A stretch of 64,000 nucleotides of DNA, from the NCBI GenBank assembly GCA_963761175.1, contig CAVXFZ010000003.1:132261-196260 (forward strand). The letters run 5' to 3'. This DNA comes from an uncultured Actinomycetes bacterium. GTDB taxonomy: Bacteria; Actinomycetota; Acidimicrobiia; IMCC26256; PALSA-610. Position 1 is the first letter of the stretch. Each line of letters begins with the position of its first letter. The notes beneath the pieces are model-generated. The model saw nothing but the letters and a program-made list of their open reading frames with translations, did not search any database and was not told the origin of the DNA. The position numbers were made by a program, and so were the translations under genes. This document shows, in pieces, positions 59,537 through 64,000 of the stretch.

Positions 59537-62419
59537 TCAGGTGCAGACCGTGTACGCCGCGGCGCCCAGCAGCTGGTCGAGGCGCACCGGCTGCAGGTGC
59601 CGAGCGCGCAGGCCCGCGATGATCTCGGGCACCGCGTGCAGCAGTGCCGCGCGTCCCGCCGCGCTGTCGTCGTCGAAGGCCGCGCGCAGATCGATGATCG
59701 ACCCGCCCTGCACCTGGCGGAGCACATGCTGCGCGTAGCCCGATGCGTCCGACGCGGGCGCGGTTCCGGCCGACACGTCCCAGAGCACCATCTTCATGCC
59801 GTGGTCGTGCGCGGCGGCGGCGATGAAGGGCGTCTTGCGGCCACGCGGAGGCCGGTACCAGGCCGGGCACACTCCGCCGAGGACGTTCGCGACGGTCTTC
59901 TGGGCTCGCGCCAGCTCCGGGTAGCGCGGGTCCATCCAGCGCCAGCCGTCACCGTGGTACGACTGGTTGCCGACGAGGAATCCCTGCTCGTACAGCGCGC
60001 GCACGAGTTGCGGGTTCTTGCGTGCGGCCTCGCCGACGACGAAGAACGCGGCCGGTACGTGCTGCGCGCCGAGAACCTGCATCAGGGCCTGGGTCGCGGC
60101 CAGATCGGGGCCGGCATCGAAGGTGAGGGCGACCTCGTTGCTCCCGCGTGGCCCGTGGACGACGCCGCCACCGAACCAGGTCGCGCTCACCGTGCTCGCA
60201 CCGAAGTACAGCGTCATCAATGCCGCGGTCGCGACGACGGTCGAGCCGACCGCGGCGCGGCGGATGCGCAGCGCGGGTGCGCGAGCGCGGCGGCGCAGCA
60301 AACCCAGGCTCGCTTCGGCGACGGCGACGGCGACCGCCACGAGCAGCAGCGCGGTGCGGTGGTCGTCGATCCGCAGGGCGACGACTGCGACGCCGCTCGC
60401 GCCGAGAACCCAAGGTTTCAACGCGCGCGATGGCGGTGACGCGAGCGCGAGGCCGGCGCTGAAGAGCACGGCGAGCAAGACGGTGCTCACGAGATCGGGT
60501 TGCTGGCCCGCCAACCACGCGGAGACGATCGCGACGGTTGCGCCCATCAACGGCAGACCCCCGCCGGGAACCAGCCGGCGCACGAGAAGCGCGGCCGCGA
60601 CTGCCGCGGCGGCACCGAGCGTTGCGGGCAGCGCGGCATCGACGCCGTGCCCGACCGTGACGGCGAGCAGCAGGGCGACGACGCCGGTGATCGGCAGCGT
60701 CGCCGGGGCCCGGCGCTGGGTGTCGGCCTTCCACACCCGCCACGCGGCGATCGGGATCATCGTCGCGTCGATCACCGCGTCGGTGATGCTCGTACGGGAA
60801 CGTGCGACCGGAACGGGAACCACGTGGTCGTTGCGCACGCGATAGCCGAGGCGGCCCATCACCACGGCGACCTCGACCGTTTCGCTGTACTTGTGTCCCG
60901 AGTAGTAGTCGAGCGCGTGCGCCAGCGCGCCGAGCCGGAAGACGCGGTAACCCGACTCGACGTCGTGAAGGCGGATGCCCGCCCACACGCTCGCCCACAT
61001 GCTGAGCACCCAGTTGCCGGCGCGCTTGAAGGGCCCGTGGTACGAGAGGTCACGGCAGGCGAGCATCGCGTCGAGTCCCTCGGCGACGGTCGAGTCCGCG
61101 AGCTCGTCGAGCACGGCGAGGTCGTGCTGACCGTCGGCATCGACGGTGAAGACGAGGTCGTCGGCGTCGAGCTCCCCGGCCTCGAGGCGCGCTTGCAGGT
61201 CGGAGAGGGCGAGCAGGTACGCCTCCGACATGCCCTGGTTGACGTCGTGGCACAGCAACCGGGCGTGCGGCTGGCCGGTCAGCCAGCGTTCGACCTCGGC
61301 GCGGGTCCCGTCGGTCGAGCCGTCGTCGACGACGACCAGCTCGTCGACGAGCGGAGCGAGCGCGTCGAGCACCCCGACGACCGTCGGTTCCTCGTTGTAC
61401 GCGGGCACGACGGCGATGCGCCGCCGCGCGCGCGTGCCGACCACAGCCGCTCGTTCCGGCGTCGACGAGGTGCTCGCCGCGGGCGCCGGTACCGCGGGCG
61501 TGGCGACCGGCGCGGCGCCCTGGGCGACGTACCAGCCGAGGGTGCGGGCGAGCCCGTCGGTGAAGGCTGTGCGCGCGTGCCAGCCGAGCTCGTCGCGCGC
61601 GCGGTCGCTGCGCACCTCGCGCGCGCGGTAGTCGCCGGGCCGCGCGGGACCGAAGCTGACTTCGACGTCGCCGACGAGCGCCTGCACGTGCAGCGCGATG
61701 TCGCGGATCGACGTCGTCTCCGTCGACTCGAGGTTGTACGTGCGGTTCTCGGCGACCGGCGCGAGGGCGAGCAGGTGCGCGGCGGCGAGGTCTTCCACGT
61801 ACACGAACCGGCGGCCCTGCGAGCCGTCGCCGTCGATGCGGATCGCTTCGCCGCGCAGGCCGCGTTCGAGGAACGCGGCGACGACGAGATCGCTGCGCAT
61901 GCGCGGTCCGTACGGGATGCCGTAGCGCAGCACCGTGTACGGGCGGCCGTAGAGGTTCGCGTAGTCGCGGCAGAACATCTCCGAGGCGAGCTTCTCCGAC
62001 ACGTAGAGGTGCTTGTCGAGCTGCAGGTCGAAGGGCGTGTCCTCGTCGACGACGTCGCCATGCGTCGCGGCGTACACCCAGACCGTGCTCGCGAGGATCA
62101 CCCGGCCGGTGTCGGCCCGGCGCGCGGCTTGGAGAACCGTCGCCGTCCCGAGGGTGTTGAGCGCGACGCTCTCGGCCGGTCGCGAGAGGACGTCGTTGAC
62201 GTCGGCCATCGCCGCGAGGTGGAACACGAAGTCGGACCCCGCGAGCGCGTTCGTGAGCGCGTTCTCATCGAGGAGGTCGACGCCGCGCCACTCCGCCTCC
62301 GGCTGCATCGGGGCAATTCGGTCGATCACGCGCACGCGGTGGCCGGCGCCGAGGAGCGCGTCGACGACATGAGAGCCGATGAACCCGGAGCCGCCCGTTA
62401 CGGAGATCAACTGACTCAC
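59537..62419 (-). CDS. Multidomain fusion: NAD-dependent epimerase/dehydratase + GT2 (polyprenyl-phosphate type) + TM bundle + degenerate polysaccharide deacetylase
   Basis: TGGSGFIG and YVSEK (extended SDR); VVPAYNEE, VDDGSTD, DADGQH (GT2); about 6 TMs; TFDAGP/GNQSYH/RPPRG; single uninterrupted frame. Confidence 0.85.
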   Translation of the reverse strand: MSQLISVTGGSGFIGSHVVDALLGAGHRVRVIDRIAPMQPEAEWRGVDLLDENALTNALAGSDFVFHLAAMADVNDVLSRPAESVALNTLGTATVLQAARRADTGRVILASTVWVYAATHGDVVDEDTPFDLQLDKHLYVSEKLASEMFCRDYANLYGRPYTVLRYGIPYGPRMRSDLVVAAFLERGLRGEAIRIDGDGSQGRRFVYVEDLAAAHLLALAPVAENRTYNLESTETTSIRDIALHVQALVGDVEVSFGPARPGDYRAREVRSDRARDELGWHARTAFTDGLARTLGWYVAQGAAPVATPAVPAPAASTSSTPERAAVVGTRARRRIAVVPAYNEEPTVVGVLDALAPLVDELVVVDDGSTDGTRAEVERWLTGQPHARLLCHDVNQGMSEAYLLALSDLQARLEAGELDADDLVFTVDADGQHDLAVLDELADSTVAEGLDAMLACRDLSYHGPFKRAGNWVLSMWASVWAGIRLHDVESGYRVFRLGALAHALDYYSGHKYSETVEVAVVMGRLGYRVRNDHVVPVPVARSRTSITDAVIDATMIPIAAWRVWKADTQRRAPATLPITGVVALLLAVTVGHGVDAALPATLGAAAAVAAALLVRRLVPGGGLPLMGATVAIVSAWLAGQQPDLVSTVLLAVLFSAGLALASPPSRALKPWVLGASGVAVVALRIDDHRTALLLVAVAVAVAEASLGLLRRRARAPALRIRRAAVGSTVVATAALMTLYFGASTVSATWFGGGVVHGPRGSNEVALTFDAGPDLAATQALMQVLGAQHVPAAFFVVGEAARKNPQLVRALYEQGFLVGNQSYHGDGWRWMDPRYPELARAQKTVANVLGGVCPAWYRPPRGRKTPFIAAAAHDHGMKMVLWDVSAGTAPASDASGYAQHVLRQVQGGSIIDLRAAFDDDSAAGRAALLHAVPEIIAGLRARHLQPVRLDQLLGAAAYTVCT

Positions 62420-62450
62420 GCAGGCATGTTCGCACGCGCGGCGCCGGCGT

Positions 62451-63566
62451 TCAGGCTTCGGCGAAGTCGTGCTTGCGGATGAGGCAGTGGACACCCTTGA
62501 CATCGTCGACGACCTGCGAGATCTCGAAATCGGCCGCCGCGCTCAGGTAGGCGTAGGCGGTCGCCCGATCCATCTCGAAACGCCCGGTGAGGAAGTCGAG
62601 CGCCGCGCGTACCGCGTTGCGCATCGCCTCGTTCAGGTCGCGATCGAGCCCCATCGGGATCCAGTGCGTGTCCGTCTCGCCGAACGGCTCGCGCAGGAGT
62701 CCGGCGGCTCGGCGCGCTTCGGCGCCGCGCAGCACGGTGAAGCGGTAGGTGGCGCGCAGCGGCGCCTCCAGCGCGGTGAGGCACACCTCGCCGTCGCCCT
62801 GCGCGTAGTGCGGATCGCCGACGGCGAAGAGCGCGCCCGGCACGGCGACCGGCAGGTAGAGGCTGGAGCCGGCGCCGAGCTCGTTGACGTCGAGGTTGCC
62901 GCCGTGCCGGCCCGGCGGGCGGGAGTGCACCGGTGCGTCGGTCGCGGGTGCGACCGTCGTGATGCCCATGAACGGTTGGATCGGGAAGCGCGCCGCGCGC
63001 CCGGAACCGAACGGGAGGACGCCCACGGGGCGCGCGCCGGTGTCGTCGACGGCGACGAAGTGGCAGACGGTGTGGAAGCGCTCCGGATGCAGCGCGTCCG
63101 CACCCGCTTCGATCGGCGGCGTGGCGGGCAGCTCGTCGGGAAGCGCGCCGCAGCCGTGCCGGTTCGACAGGCAGCCGTACGGGGCGCGGGGGACGAGCGA
63201 CAAGACGTCGACGCGCAGCACGTCACCCGGTTCGGCGCCGTCGATCGCGACGGGGCCGGTGACGACGTGCGGGCCGTCGACGAACATCGTGTGCTCCAGT
63301 GCCGACGCCGCGATGTCGCGGGCGTCGTGCAGCACCGAACCGGCGTCGATGCCGTAGCGAGCGAAGAACGCGATCGGATCACGGCCCTGGTCGTCGAGGA
63401 TGCCTTCGTGCGAGACCGTGTCGATCGTGACGGTGGCGCCGGGTGCGACCCGCAGCACGGGCGTGCTCGTGCGGTTCGGCAGCCACCCCCACTGGACCGT
63501 CTCCGGGGTCGACGTGACGTAGTGCTCCCCGTCGATCGCACCCGCGCCCGCCTGTAGCAGTTCCAC
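62451..63566 (-). CDS. Acetamidase/formamidase family protein
   Basis: TV.WG, GPH.VTGP...GAEPGD, GGNLD, GDPH.AQGDGEV..TALE; GGAGG RBS. Confidence 0.9.
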   Translation of the reverse strand: MELLQAGAGAIDGEHYVTSTPETVQWGWLPNRTSTPVLRVAPGATVTIDTVSHEGILDDQGRDPIAFFARYGIDAGSVLHDARDIAASALEHTMFVDGPHVVTGPVAIDGAEPGDVLRVDVLSLVPRAPYGCLSNRHGCGALPDELPATPPIEAGADALHPERFHTVCHFVAVDDTGARPVGVLPFGSGRAARFPIQPFMGITTVAPATDAPVHSRPPGRHGGNLDVNELGAGSSLYLPVAVPGALFAVGDPHYAQGDGEVCLTALEAPLRATYRFTVLRGAEARRAAGLLREPFGETDTHWIPMGLDRDLNEAMRNAVRAALDFLTGRFEMDRATAYAYLSAAADFEISQVVDDVKGVHCLIRKHDFAEA

Positions 63567-63606
63567 CGAGCCTCCGTTCGTGGGCGGATTACGCTTTCCG
63601 CCTCCG

Positions 63607-64000
63607 ATGAACGAGTCTTCCAGGGACGGCCTCGGGCCGACCCCCGCCGAGCTGGGACGCGAGCTGAAAGACCTCGCGCTCGCAGGCGCCGGTTGGGGCG
63701 CGCTCCTGCGGCGCATCGCCGAGGCGACGGGCGCCGCGGTGCGGCTCGTCGGCGTGCACGGCGGCGTGCTGGCGGCTTCCGACGCCGGTCCTGCGAGCGG
63801 CCTCGATCCGGCCGAGGTGAGCACGCTCTTCGCGCGCGACCGCGCCAACCCGGCCGTCTGCACCGACGGCTGGGAGGGCCGCGCCCGGCCGGTGACCGCC
63901 GGTCCGCGCCGCGTCGGTGTGCTCCTCGTCGAGTCGCCGGTCGACGCCGCCACGGCCCGGCTGCAGGATGCCGCGACCGACGCGATCGCGATCGAAGCCG
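63607..64000 (+). CDS. Partial, probable PucR-family regulator N-terminus
   Basis: ATG 63607 opens a frame with L..LALAGAG..ALL..IA...G..V.L, GAF-like; divergent from the acetamidase; truncated by the window edge. Confidence 0.55.
   Translation, partial: MNESSRDGLGPTPAELGRELKDLALAGAGWGALLRRIAEATGAAVRLVGVHGGVLAASDAGPASGLDPAEVSTLFARDRANPAVCTDGWEGRARPVTAGPRRVGVLLVESPVDAATARLQDAATDAIAIEA

Overview
High-GC (~72% by eye) actinobacterial chromosome segment, most consistent with class Acidimicrobiia (GYWLVASDGG repeat protein, ethylmalonyl-CoA genes, tRNA-Ser/ffs/dnaX/ybaB/recR order). It holds about 55 CDS, two tRNA-Ser genes and the SRP RNA. Recognisable modules: tadA with a Tat-protein/GMC oxidoreductase pair; LexA-boxed dinB; dnaX-ybaB-recR; metY-metX; an RDD/SpoIIM/DUF58/MoxR/DUF4350/DUF4129 cluster; ethylmalonyl-CoA pathway genes (thiolase, ccr, epimerase, carboxylase beta/epsilon, meaA/ecm, hbd); aguA-aguB; lysC-asd plus an ECF transporter; and a cell-envelope glycan locus. 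At least nine genes carry a single-base frameshift, probably long-read error, and two long ORFs in the track are artefactual fusions. No CRISPR array, transposase or integrase was seen. The most notable candidate system is at 53.0-62.4 kb. It looks like an Arn-like, lipid-carrier-based amino-sugar modification pathway in a monoderm, built from a DegT aminotransferase, a GT-C-like membrane protein, an intact NodB deacetylase and one 961-aa SDR epimerase/GT2/membrane/degenerate-deacetylase fusion. All calls rest on motif recognition by eye; no database search was run.
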